Positions 43,264 through 53,600 of a stretch of DNA of 64,000 nucleotides are shown here, piece after piece (the stretch's first letter is position 1; every line of letters begins with the position of its first letter). The stretch is from Histomonas meleagridis 2922-C6/04-290x (Eukaryota; Protista; Parabasalia). The stretch covers positions 182,596 to 246,595 of the forward strand of contig JAANOX010000111.1 of assembly GCA_020184695.1 (NCBI GenBank), read 5' to 3'. Both the position numbers and the translations under genes were made by a program. The notes below the pieces were generated by a model, which saw nothing but the letters and a program-made list of their open reading frames with translations, had not been told where the DNA came from and ran no database searches.

Positions 43264-43742
43264 ATAAAATTTATAATCTTTTCACCTTTATGTTAATTGT
43301 CCATTTGTGAAGTATCTGGTTTAATATAATTCTAATTAGAATAATTATTAATGGAAAAACGACACAAATGTCCATATGGATTCAACATCATAAATACATA
43401 TAGTTAAACTAAAAAATATTAGAATTAAATGAATACTTATGTTTGTCTCTTTGAATGTATCACTTATTCATTCAATTTAGCAAAAATTTAATATTTTAGT
43501 CAGTTTCATTTAAATATTTGTACATAAATAAAATATTAAAGATTTTTTTGAAGTGTTATCAAATAGCACAATTTTTTTTATTTCTTAATGGTCTTACCCA
43601 TCCACAGTTAAGATTTTTTAAATCCTAATTAACTTCAGTAAACCATTAAATTTAAATTTTTTGTACAAAAATAAACTAAAATTAATACGAAGCAAAAATA
43701 CACAATTTTATACTTAAGTCCCAAAGTATAATAAAAATTGCT

Positions 43743-44438
43743 TTACTCAGAACCAAACAACTTTGCATATGACGGAGGGAGCTTCAGTTCTTCAGCGCCG
43801 CAGACAGCTTTAGCGATTTGAAGCGCACATCCGACAATATCTTCGTCACGGAAGAAAATGAAAACAGCTGTAAGCGGAACGTTTGACGCCCTTTTCAAGC
43901 ACTCAAAGAGTTCGCCGCGAACTGCATTCGAAAGCGCTTCTTGTGTTTCATCGTAATCTTCAAGTTGCTTAATGTTTAGTTTTGTAGCAAGAGGCCCAAT
44001 TGCACGAACTGGATTTGGCCAGTCTTTGATTTGTGCATCAACACAAAAAATAGATGGGACAGATCGAAGAAATAGAATATCTTTGATATTAGTAAGTTTC
44101 GAAAAATCAATTAATTCTTTTGAATAATTCAAAATCTTACGCTTCTGGCCTGGAAGAAGAGAAGCAACACGGAGAAGAATTGCTTTGCCAAGACTTGGAA
44201 GTGAACATTCATAAACATCAATGGTTGACGCAATATGATTACTATTAGCATCAAATGGATCGGGTGACGCAACAAAGTCAAGGTTATCTGATAAAATTCG
44301 CCCAACAAATTTACCAAAAGTAAAACAAAGAATATCAATTGCAATCTGATCACAATTTGAATTGCTGCATGAAGGTACAATAAGAGTATGATCTGAAAAG
44401 TCGGAAGGTTTCGAAGACTCAGTTGGAATCCATTTCAT
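43743..44438 (-). CDS. Proteasome assembly chaperone 2 (PAC2/PSMG2)-like
   Basis: TLIVPSCSNSNCDQIAIDIL, VASPDPF, LKLPPSYAKLFG. Confidence 0.8.
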   Translation of the reverse strand: MKWIPTESSKPSDFSDHTLIVPSCSNSNCDQIAIDILCFTFGKFVGRILSDNLDFVASPDPFDANSNHIASTIDVYECSLPSLGKAILLRVASLLPGQKRKILNYSKELIDFSKLTNIKDILFLRSVPSIFCVDAQIKDWPNPVRAIGPLATKLNIKQLEDYDETQEALSNAVRGELFECLKRASNVPLTAVFIFFRDEDIVGCALQIAKAVCGAEELKLPPSYAKLFGSE

Positions 44439-44846
44439 TTTGTAAATTGGTTGGAGAAAAGTTCAGAAATGACCGTTAATTTTGAAATGGCATTTTTATT
44501 TCAATTTAAATATTTTTGCTTTCTGAGATTTTAATTTGACACGAACAAAATAGGAAATTTCCTTTTAAAGACCCAATAAAACAAACACATAAATAAATTT
44601 TTTTATTTTTTTAAAACCAAGTAGTATCCCTCAGTGCTTTAATATATTAATGTGTATAAAAATGATTATATTGATGATTATCAGATTTTGAAAAAAAGTC
44701 TAAACACAACTTTTTAATATACACTGGTTGAAAGTTTGCAAACACTCATAAAGGATCAGCAATGTGAATTTGAAATGTTTTAATCCATTAATGAACAAGC
44801 AAAGCAATAAACGTCTTTCGTTATTGTGAAGGTTTGTTTGATATCA

Positions 44847-45452
44847 ATGAGTCGTTCCGATCGAAGACTTCCCCAAGAAGCCAGAGAAATATTTTTTCAG
44901 AATGGAATTTGCCTAAGCTCACAGGGATCGTCTCGCTTAAAATTTGGGAATACAGAAGTTATAGCAAATATTGTTGGTCCAAAAGAATGTAGATATCATG
45001 AAATTGAAACCAGAAAAGCAAAAATTCATGTTAAGACATTTCCAGAAATGCATGAAATTAATGACATAATCACAACTTCAGTTGAAAATTCGCTTGATTG
45101 TGCTGCATATCCAGATTCTAACATTGAAATCAGTATCACTGTTGTTTGTGACAATGGGTCTCTTGCATGCTGTGCAATTAATGCTACAATTTTAGCTCTT
45201 TTTGATGCAGGTTTAAAATTAAAGCAAAGAGTATCATCTTCATGTTTTGCAATCAAGGATGATGCAATCCTTATTGACCCCTTAAAGCGTGAGGAAGAAA
45301 TTTCAGATGGTGTTGTCACATTTGCATATTCACATCATGATCACAATGTTTTTTCGACATACTTCCAAGGTTCAATTAAGCCATCTTTGATGATAGCTGC
45401 TCTCTCTAATGCTACTTGTAATCAAGAAATGTTCGAAAAATATTTTCAATAA
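44847..45452 (+). CDS. Exosome RNase PH-like subunit, Rrp46/EXOSC5-like
   Basis: QGSSRLKFGNTEVIANIVGP, YPDSNIEISITVVCDNGSLACCAINATILALFDAG. Confidence 0.85.
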   Translation: MSRSDRRLPQEAREIFFQNGICLSSQGSSRLKFGNTEVIANIVGPKECRYHEIETRKAKIHVKTFPEMHEINDIITTSVENSLDCAAYPDSNIEISITVVCDNGSLACCAINATILALFDAGLKLKQRVSSSCFAIKDDAILIDPLKREEEISDGVVTFAYSHHDHNVFSTYFQGSIKPSLMIAALSNATCNQEMFEKYFQ

Positions 45453-45827
45453 AAATAAATTACCATACAATCATCCATTTCTCAAGTTCATTTTAAAAGA
45501 GATATTATAATTTTTCTGTTTATCATGACAAAATAAGAAAAAAAAAAATTAATTTTAAATTGCATAAAAATTAGACCAACCTCCGGATGAAAAGCATCAA
45601 AAAATATATTCGGTTTGTACATTTTTTCTAAGAAAATACATTTAAATCATACATATATAGATACCAATAACAAATACCAAATTAATTTTTTTGCTTGAAT
45701 TTAAACAATACACATGATGTTAATCAAGGAATAAGAAAATATGTGAATATACAGAAATGCTTTATTCCCATAAATTATTTTATTGTTTCAGTAGAAATCT
45801 GATCTATATGCCGACCGTTTATTTATT

Positions 45828-45847
45828 AACGGTTTGGCCTTACCTTT
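45828..45847 (+). promoter_or_regulatory. Trichomonad M3 (AACGGTT) + M5 (CCTTT) core promoter of RPL37
   Basis: aacggtt at 45828-45834 and ccttt at 45843-45847, 6 nt before the ATG. This pairing is described for Trichomonas vaginalis ribosomal protein genes. Confidence 0.65.
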
Positions 45848-45853
45848 TTAGAC

Positions 45854-46102
45854 ATGGGTGCAGGAACTCCATCATTCGGTAAACGACATAACAAGAGTCA
45901 CACAATCTGCCGTCGCTGCGGATCACGTTCATACCACATTCAAAAGGGAAGGTGCGCAAAATGTGGTTATCCAGAGGCCTCAATGCGTCATTATAACTGG
46001 GCCAAGAAAGCTCATGCCAAGCGCACACAAGGAACCGGTCGCATGTCACATCTCAAGAAATGCATGAAGAAACTTCAAGCAATTTATGCACCAAAGAAAT
46101 AA
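45854..46102 (+). CDS. RPL37: 60S ribosomal protein L37
   Basis: [37 protein letters not shown]. Confidence 0.98.
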   Translation: MGAGTPSFGKRHNKSHTICRRCGSRSYHIQKGRCAKCGYPEASMRHYNWAKKAHAKRTQGTGRMSHLKKCMKKLQAIYAPKK

Positions 46103-46154
46103 ATCGATAATTCTTATTAATTCTTTATTTATAATTACATTCTAATAACACCTA

Positions 46155-49115
46155 TTACGACAATCTTATTTGCAGTCTGTTCATTTCCAAGTTTGTCAAA
46201 TTTGATTGGACTACATTTGCAAATTCTTGATTGTTTAAAGCTCCGATCAAAAACTGTTTAACATTTAAAACTGTTTGATCTTGTAAACAAAGTTTTCTCC
46301 ATTTTCTTTGCTTATAAGAGAATAACTTTGCGAATATTAAAGTGAGTTGAGTTTGGAATCCTTCGACGTTAAATTGTGGAATTCCATTAAAGAAAATCAA
46401 CGACGAAATAATATTATCACTTTCAGCCTTTGATAAACATTGTGGAATTAGATTTAAAGCCGAAGGGAAAAATCGACCGAAACCTTCCAAATTTCCACTT
46501 ATTCTTAAAACAGAGAACAATAATGAAACAATACTTGAAATTGTTTCCCAATAATATTGTTGACCTTCGAATTGTATAGCGAATACTGATTCGAAAAGTT
46601 TTGCCAAAATTTCTTGTTGATCATTTGGTATTGTACCATTCGTTTCTATTAGACAACGTACTCCAGCTATCGGATATGGAGGATTATTCATATCGCATAG
46701 TTGTAATGTTTCGAAGAAATTACGTTGTATAGTTTTTATAAATATTGAACCAATTGCTTGATTTGCTACTGCGTAATATTCAACAATTACTCCAATACAT
46801 TCGATAATTCGATTTATGTTCTTTTCTTGCATTACAGCTTGGAAATAGTTCCAAAATTGTTCGAAAGGAAATATGTTTGGAAGATATTGTGCAACAGCTG
46901 CAAAGAATCCGAAGATTTCATTTGTTAATTCAAGTTCAATGTTTTGCTCGATTTGACAATTTAATTCCATTTCAAGTCCTTGGAAACTTGTTTCAAATAC
47001 TTGTTTAATAACTTCTTGTGGAATCGGGATTCCATATTTAATAAGTTTCGAAAACCCTCGAAAAGCTAATGATACAATTGATTCATTTTGATCATCGAAT
47101 TTCTCTAACATTTTTACGAGTAATGCATTATGTACTTGTCCTACAACTTTCGATATAGCAATTGATGTCTTTAATGCGGATTCTTGAACTTGAATATTCT
47201 TTGAATCATAAAGATTGATTGATGCTGTATGTAATACTTGGATATATGGGGAAATTAAATTTTGTTGATAACGCACAAGTTCTTTAATTAAATCTAATGA
47301 CGTTTGTTTACATTCAAGAAAAGAATCAGCAATTGGATTGTTTTCGCCAAGTGTAGTAATATCAAATTGAAGAATTTTAACAATGGAATTAAATAAAAGA
47401 TTTGGATCAACAGTAAACATATCTGTAGATGAAAGGTTTCTTAATGATATCATACAACTTGTAAATAAAGATGTGTCTTCCATTTGAAGACATTGATGTA
47501 TAGTTTCGAAAAATGTACCACGTAAATTTGATGTTTCATTTGGCGCATATTTTATTAAATATGAAATAGCTTCAATTCCACTTGCTTTAATTAATGGTTG
47601 TTCATTAGGATTACATGAAATCGCATTTATAAGTATTGGTAATGCTGGTTGAATAAAAATTGGAATACTTTCACCAGCTGAAACAGAAATAGCTGAAAAT
47701 CCAGTAACGATTAAATATTGTAAAGGAAGTGAAACTCTTTGAGAAAGAGCTATGAATGCTTGTATTATTTGTTCAATATATTTATCATCTATTTCGATTA
47801 AATAAAATAATTCAATGATGACTGATAAAACTGAACTAATTAATGGCTCATGATCACATTGAAGTGAAATAAAGACTGCATTAAAGAATTTGTCAAACAC
47901 TTCTAAAAATGAAGTAGAATTGCGACTGATTAATTGATAAAGAATAGCAAATCCGGCTTCTTTAATACAATGGTCATTATTTCCAATACAATCAATTGCA
48001 AAATCAAAAAAATCAAAAAAGTTTTGTGATACTAAATCAGGAATATGTTCAATAAAACTAGTAATTGCTGTAGCTGCTGCAATTATTGCACCATTTGAAT
48101 CAGTTTTCACATTGTTCCAAAATACAGAATAAAAATCATTATCAGGAACACATTGGCAAATATATTCGATAGGACGAATTGTAAACATTACATCGTTCTC
48201 TTGGTCAAAGCAGTCGCCCGTTATGGATTGAGAAGCCAAAAGTAATGAAATCGCAACGACTTCGGAAAGAACACTCGAAATTGCTTGAGGATATCTTTCA
48301 ATGATGTTACAAATAAGCTCAGATAAAAGAATTTTGTTGTTCATGGAAATGGCTTGATCTAAGATAATACCAAAAATTTCCTTAAATAAGATTGTAGGAT
48401 CTTCAATAAATTGATCTGTCTTAAGGATAATTTTGGAAATCTCACTGACAAGATCAGTGGAATAAGGTTGGTTGGATTTCATTGCTTGATATAATGCATT
48501 AACCATTTCATGATAAAGAGTATTTACTATTTGTGGTAATGTGGAAATGGATGAAAGAAGTTCACTTACCATTCGAGCTCCGGATTGTATGATAGGCATT
48601 GATGTAGATTTTAAGGCTAATTGTCCTTGCGTGCATAGAAATTCAAAAATTGGTGCAACAATTTCTAATGGTAGATAGGGGATTATGGAAGGGATAATAG
48701 TAAAGAATAATTCGTACTTTGATTCTGTTGGATCAATTGTTAAAGATTTGATAAACTCAATTAATTCTCCCCACCTATCACAACAAGATCGAAACACAGG
48801 ATCAAGTGCATTAATAATAAGATGTCTAACTGTGTATTCTTGTTCGTTTGATAATAAAATAATGAATTGATTAAGAAATTGTTGAAAATGCTCTGATTGT
48901 AAAATAATTTCCCAGCAATTTATAAGTGTATATTTTAATCCAATGGCAGCTGCATTCCGAATTGATGGATGCGTTGATGGAACCAATAAAGAAATTAATA
49001 GAACAACAGTTTCTGGGTTTTGATAAATTACAACTAGTTCTTGCGCAGCAGCATTAACAATATTTTGATCTGGAATTAATGTTTGTTCATATAAAGTTTT
49101 TAGATGTTCTACCAT
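46155..49115 (-). CDS. Importin-beta family HEAT-repeat protein (importin-4-like)
   Basis: PDQNIVNAAAQEL, IRNAAAIGLK, CIKEAGFAILYQL; 986 aa all-helical. Confidence 0.8.
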   Translation of the reverse strand: MVEHLKTLYEQTLIPDQNIVNAAAQELVVIYQNPETVVLLISLLVPSTHPSIRNAAAIGLKYTLINCWEIILQSEHFQQFLNQFIILLSNEQEYTVRHLIINALDPVFRSCCDRWGELIEFIKSLTIDPTESKYELFFTIIPSIIPYLPLEIVAPIFEFLCTQGQLALKSTSMPIIQSGARMVSELLSSISTLPQIVNTLYHEMVNALYQAMKSNQPYSTDLVSEISKIILKTDQFIEDPTILFKEIFGIILDQAISMNNKILLSELICNIIERYPQAISSVLSEVVAISLLLASQSITGDCFDQENDVMFTIRPIEYICQCVPDNDFYSVFWNNVKTDSNGAIIAAATAITSFIEHIPDLVSQNFFDFFDFAIDCIGNNDHCIKEAGFAILYQLISRNSTSFLEVFDKFFNAVFISLQCDHEPLISSVLSVIIELFYLIEIDDKYIEQIIQAFIALSQRVSLPLQYLIVTGFSAISVSAGESIPIFIQPALPILINAISCNPNEQPLIKASGIEAISYLIKYAPNETSNLRGTFFETIHQCLQMEDTSLFTSCMISLRNLSSTDMFTVDPNLLFNSIVKILQFDITTLGENNPIADSFLECKQTSLDLIKELVRYQQNLISPYIQVLHTASINLYDSKNIQVQESALKTSIAISKVVGQVHNALLVKMLEKFDDQNESIVSLAFRGFSKLIKYGIPIPQEVIKQVFETSFQGLEMELNCQIEQNIELELTNEIFGFFAAVAQYLPNIFPFEQFWNYFQAVMQEKNINRIIECIGVIVEYYAVANQAIGSIFIKTIQRNFFETLQLCDMNNPPYPIAGVRCLIETNGTIPNDQQEILAKLFESVFAIQFEGQQYYWETISSIVSLLFSVLRISGNLEGFGRFFPSALNLIPQCLSKAESDNIISSLIFFNGIPQFNVEGFQTQLTLIFAKLFSYKQRKWRKLCLQDQTVLNVKQFLIGALNNQEFANVVQSNLTNLEMNRLQIRLS

Positions 49116-49142
49116 TAGATCTTAAAATCTTGGTCGAGCATA

Positions 49143-49175
49143 ATAAACGGTCATTTAATAAACGGTTTCACTTAT
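49143..49175. promoter_or_regulatory. Compact bidirectional promoter (80-bp gap) with two AAACGGT motifs and a TCACTT Inr
   Basis: taaacggtcatttaataaacggtttcactt between divergent ATGs at 49115 and 49196. Confidence 0.55.
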
Positions 49176-49195
49176 ACTTTTAACGTACAAAATAT

Positions 49196-50404
49196 ATGCA
49201 AGAAAATGATATTGATTTACAAAGAATTTGTGATGAATACCAAAAAGATAATGAAAAATTACACTTAAGAGTAAAAGAACTCGAAAAACAAATTTCAACA
49301 GGAACTAATGAAATCAAAATTCAAAACAGAAATCTAAGACAAAGAATTTCAGAATTAGAGGGAAGTCAGAAATCTTTAGAAGATTATCAACGTTTACAGG
49401 AAGAATATGTTAGTTATGTCAATAAGGCTAAACAAAATGAAAAAGAATTATTAGAACAAATTGATTTTCTTCAAAACGAAAATGAAATACTAAAAAATAG
49501 AAATCACAATGCTCTTTTATGGGATAATAACGAAAGAAGAAATGCATCAATTAACTCTGTATTAAGATCTCTATGTTTTGCCTATAAACAAGGGAAAGGC
49601 GTTGAAGAAGCATTTAACAATTTTGCTGCTATCATTGCACCTGAAATTCTTGTTAAACATGATGTTCAATCTAAACCAACAAATATATCCCAAAATAATG
49701 AAATTGAAGAATTAAAAAAAGAATTAAAAGAATTAAAGTCCAAAGTTAATACACACCGAAAATCAAATATTCCAACATCAAGACTTGGAATTCCATCAAC
49801 ACAACCAAAAATAAGAGAACTTGAACAACAAATATCACAACAACAAACAAAAATTACAGAAATTCAAAAAGAAAACACAAACTTAAGAAATCGATCTAAA
49901 GAAAGAAGTACCAAAATTAAAGAATTAAAAGAGCAGCTTGTTAAATCCCAAGATACAATATCAGAAGAAAGAAGAAAACATCAAATTGAAATAGCCAACA
50001 TAACAATTGAAAGAGATGAATTATCATTAAAAGTGAAATCTTTGCAAGAAACAAACACAGAAAACGAAAACATTAAAAGCGAATATGAAAAGATTAAAGC
50101 AAAAGCTGAAAAATTAGAAAAAGAAAATAAAGAACTTAAAAAACCTAAAAAAACTGGAATCGACGCATTTGATGATGTCTTAAATGCAATATCAATGATG
50201 GAAGTAGATATACAACAAAGAAAATTGGCTCTTAACAGAATGGCAATGGAATTACAAGATAAATTTGAAGAAGAAAAAAGATTAATGGAAAATCAGCATA
50301 AAATCGAAATTGAAGATAAGAATCAAAAGTTAAAAAGGCTTAAAAAAGAATTTGAAGCAATTCTTTCTGATTTAGAAAGAAGTAAAAAGAATAAGCGAAA
50401 ATAA
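49196..50404 (+). CDS. Long coiled-coil protein of unknown function
   Basis: 402 aa, K/E/Q/L heptads, Inr upstream. Confidence 0.85.
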   Translation: MQENDIDLQRICDEYQKDNEKLHLRVKELEKQISTGTNEIKIQNRNLRQRISELEGSQKSLEDYQRLQEEYVSYVNKAKQNEKELLEQIDFLQNENEILKNRNHNALLWDNNERRNASINSVLRSLCFAYKQGKGVEEAFNNFAAIIAPEILVKHDVQSKPTNISQNNEIEELKKELKELKSKVNTHRKSNIPTSRLGIPSTQPKIRELEQQISQQQTKITEIQKENTNLRNRSKERSTKIKELKEQLVKSQDTISEERRKHQIEIANITIERDELSLKVKSLQETNTENENIKSEYEKIKAKAEKLEKENKELKKPKKTGIDAFDDVLNAISMMEVDIQQRKLALNRMAMELQDKFEEEKRLMENQHKIEIEDKNQKLKRLKKEFEAILSDLERSKKNKRK

Positions 50405-51243
50405 TCTTAATAAAATATTTGTATTGTTTTATAAATATTTACAAAATTATAATTAAATATACTTGAATAGTTGAAATTAATATCTTGTTATTGATAATGA
50501 TTCGTATCTTTACTTTTAATATTTCATTATAAGAAGATCATTTGTGTATATTTTTTTTCCTCAAATACTTAAATTTGATTCATATATCCAATAAATTTAT
50601 GTATATGTAAATGTGATTTTTTAATTAAATAGATATCATCTCATATGTTAATTTTAAATATATATAAAAGCAAAATTTTGAGACTGACTAAAAATTTATT
50701 TTTGAAGTTAATGTAATTAACATGTACATACAATGTTATATATAATTTCACAGTTCATTCCAAGTAAATATATTTTAAGTTATTAACATGTTTATTAAAT
50801 AATTTTGGATACTTTTTAAAAAAATTGCACATGAGTTTTCATTTTTTTTGGAAATCTCAATTTTTTTTTTTTGGATTTGCCAATATAGTGAGAATTGCAG
50901 AATATATAACATTCATCAGTTTAACCTTTTCTAATACTGAGCATTCTATAGAATCTATTTTACTTCTATGAAAAAAATTTTAGCTGCCATTTTTAAGCTT
51001 GGCATATCTTGTTGAATGAAAGTGTAATTTAAAAAAAAATATTTTTGGCTTAGAGAATCAGCTGATTAATTTTTTCAATTTTTCATAAGAAATCATTTTT
51101 TATGGACACTATTTTGTTTCTTTAATATAATACATACTGTAATCATATGTTCTGAATATAGACTCTATTAACCCATTTTAAATAAAGATAAATTCGTCTG
51201 AAAAAAATAAAAACGTTAAGTCACTTCACATTAACTGCCTCTT

Positions 51244-52540
51244 TTGCAACAAATACTTCCAAATCATCATTCTAAAACAAAGGAAGTTCCGCCTGCTTTA
51301 ACCATTAATCCAAAATGGAAGCCTCTGAAAAATGACCTTATTTCTCATATTTATTTTTTAATGACTCGATTTGAATTCGAAGCACTTCATCAATTATTTC
51401 TAAGCAATAGTTCCATAAATTTTTCTCTATCTACATATTCATTTCCGTATTTTTTCTTTCTAATTTCATAGATCTCAATTATTAGGAAAACCATTTTCCA
51501 ATTTTTGCAATTCTCCTTTATCTCCACTTTTACTTCCATTAGACAACATTACTCTTTTACATGTAGCCTCTATTCTTGGCTCACTTGAACTTTTTTATTT
51601 CATTCAATCCGAACTTCACATATCAATTGACTGTTTATCAGCCGATTCATATACACCCCTTCATTATGCGTGTATAACAGGTTCGATTGAAATTGTTTCT
51701 TATATTCTTTCAAATAATCCCGAACTTTCAAATTCTGTTTCCAACAATAACATAACATTCACGCCGTTATATTTAGCAACCAAATCAAAATCAGCCGAAA
51801 TTGTTCGGATTCTTTTGGAAAATGGCGCAACAACTTCCAATGATGTTAATTTCGAGAAAACGCCAATTTACCAAACGATTTTACTTAACGACTTCGAAAG
51901 TTTCGAACTATTAATAAATTTTTATCCGAAATATAAAAACGAAATGTTGAAAGTGGCAATCATTAATAATAACATAAAAACACTGAAATATTTACTCGAA
52001 ATGAACAAACCGACAAAAAACGAAAATGATTTACTATACTATGCGTGTTTCTTGTCGAATGTGGAAGCTGTTAGAGTGTTATGTAATTATAACTGTTTGG
52101 ACGAAAACGAATTCGATGAACTTTTTCCTGTTCATTTGATGTGCCTGTCGAAAAATTTGGAAATCGCAAAATTGATTTTGAAAAAAAATATCGACGTTAA
52201 TAAAGTAGATAAAAATGGTTTCACTGGACCTCACTATATGATTAACGCAGGTTCTGATGTGTTTATAGGGATAATGATGTTGTTATTGTCAAATGGATTT
52301 GATGTAAATAATATTAATGCCGTTTCAGTCCTGAGCGAATGTTGTTTGTGTTACCCATGTGATTCGAAAAAGATCATTTGGTTGGTAAATAATGGGTTTT
52401 CGACAGATGAAAAATTGAAAATTAATAATGATGAAATGACCATTCTTCAGTTCTTGGAAAAATCCAACCCTGAAGTATATACAAAAATTGTACATGAAAA
52501 TGACAGTAAGCATGATATTTTGGAAACAAACTTTGAATGA
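51244..52540 (+). pseudogene. Ankyrin-repeat gene with a frame break near 51450-51470 (pseudogene or assembly error)
   Basis: Frame open from 51464 to 52540: TLLHVAS..G, TPLHYAC..G, TPLYLA, TGPHY. The upstream part lies in another frame across a T-run. Confidence 0.65.
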
Positions 52541-52780
52541 TCTTTAGTTAAAACTTGTATTGTATATTAAATCAAACTGTGACCAAAAAAATTACTTTGT
52601 GTTTATTCTGAGTTCACAATCAGTAATGAGCTGTATATTCTGAAAGCAAAAATCGAATTCGATGATTTGAAACAGGCTCAGTCAAACGTGAAAAATAAAT
52701 TAAACGTCTGTAACACTCTCAGAAAAATTGTGATAAAAGTGTATAAACCGCCTTTACGTTTAGAATTTTCATTTTTATAA

Positions 52781-53044
52781 ATGTCAACACCACAAAAGGG
52801 AGCTTCAGCAGCACAAACACCTATCAAGACACCAGTTACTCCCAAATATCCTAAAAAGGAACAGAGTTCCCCAATCAAAAAATATCTTCCATTGGCCATT
52901 ATCTTAGTCATAGCAATTCTTGGCGCTCTTATTCTCAAAAAGAAGACTGACGATAAGAAGTTCTTGATAATTTATGCAGCAGTAGCTTTGGTTATCTTTG
53001 TTTTGGCATCATTCAAACTTTTAAAGAAACAAAAGACAGATTAA
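52781..53044 (+). CDS. Small two-TM membrane protein (87 aa)
   Basis: Two hydrophobic helices flanked by lysines; TCATT Inr-like motif upstream. Confidence 0.7.
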   Translation: MSTPQKGASAAQTPIKTPVTPKYPKKEQSSPIKKYLPLAIILVIAILGALILKKKTDDKKFLIIYAAVALVIFVLASFKLLKKQKTD

Positions 53045-53600
53045 ATGATAATATATCTTATTTTCTTTTCTTTTTGATAATTGTGATTAAGTGTTTTCTG
53101 TAAAATTAAAATATTAATGAATTGATTAAATCAATTAATTTCATATTCTTTATTGCACCAACATGCTTTATTAAACCTAATGACTATTTCAAAGTAAGAC
53201 AGCTTCATTTTGTAAATGACTCTATCATTTGAAAAAATTTAATCAAATAATCTACAAAATTCACATATGATCCTAATATACCACAATAACCTCATGATTG
53301 CAATCTGTCTTTGTGGGCACGTCAAAAAACTATGATAGAAATCTCATTTACATGCAATATCTTTTCTGATAAATTTTTGCTTTTTCATGTCATAATGCAA
53401 AAACAAGATTTCCTTATCATAAGTTAATCCATGTTGAATCCAAAAAAGAAGTTTTGTCATAACAAATGTTAATCAATTTTTTCAATTTTTATTGAATCGA
53501 TTAATTTTTCTTTTCTAAATGGTTTTAAACAAAACATTATAAACGAATAAAAGAAAAGTTTTACTAAATGCAAATTCTATAATTTTCTGTCATTTTTCAC

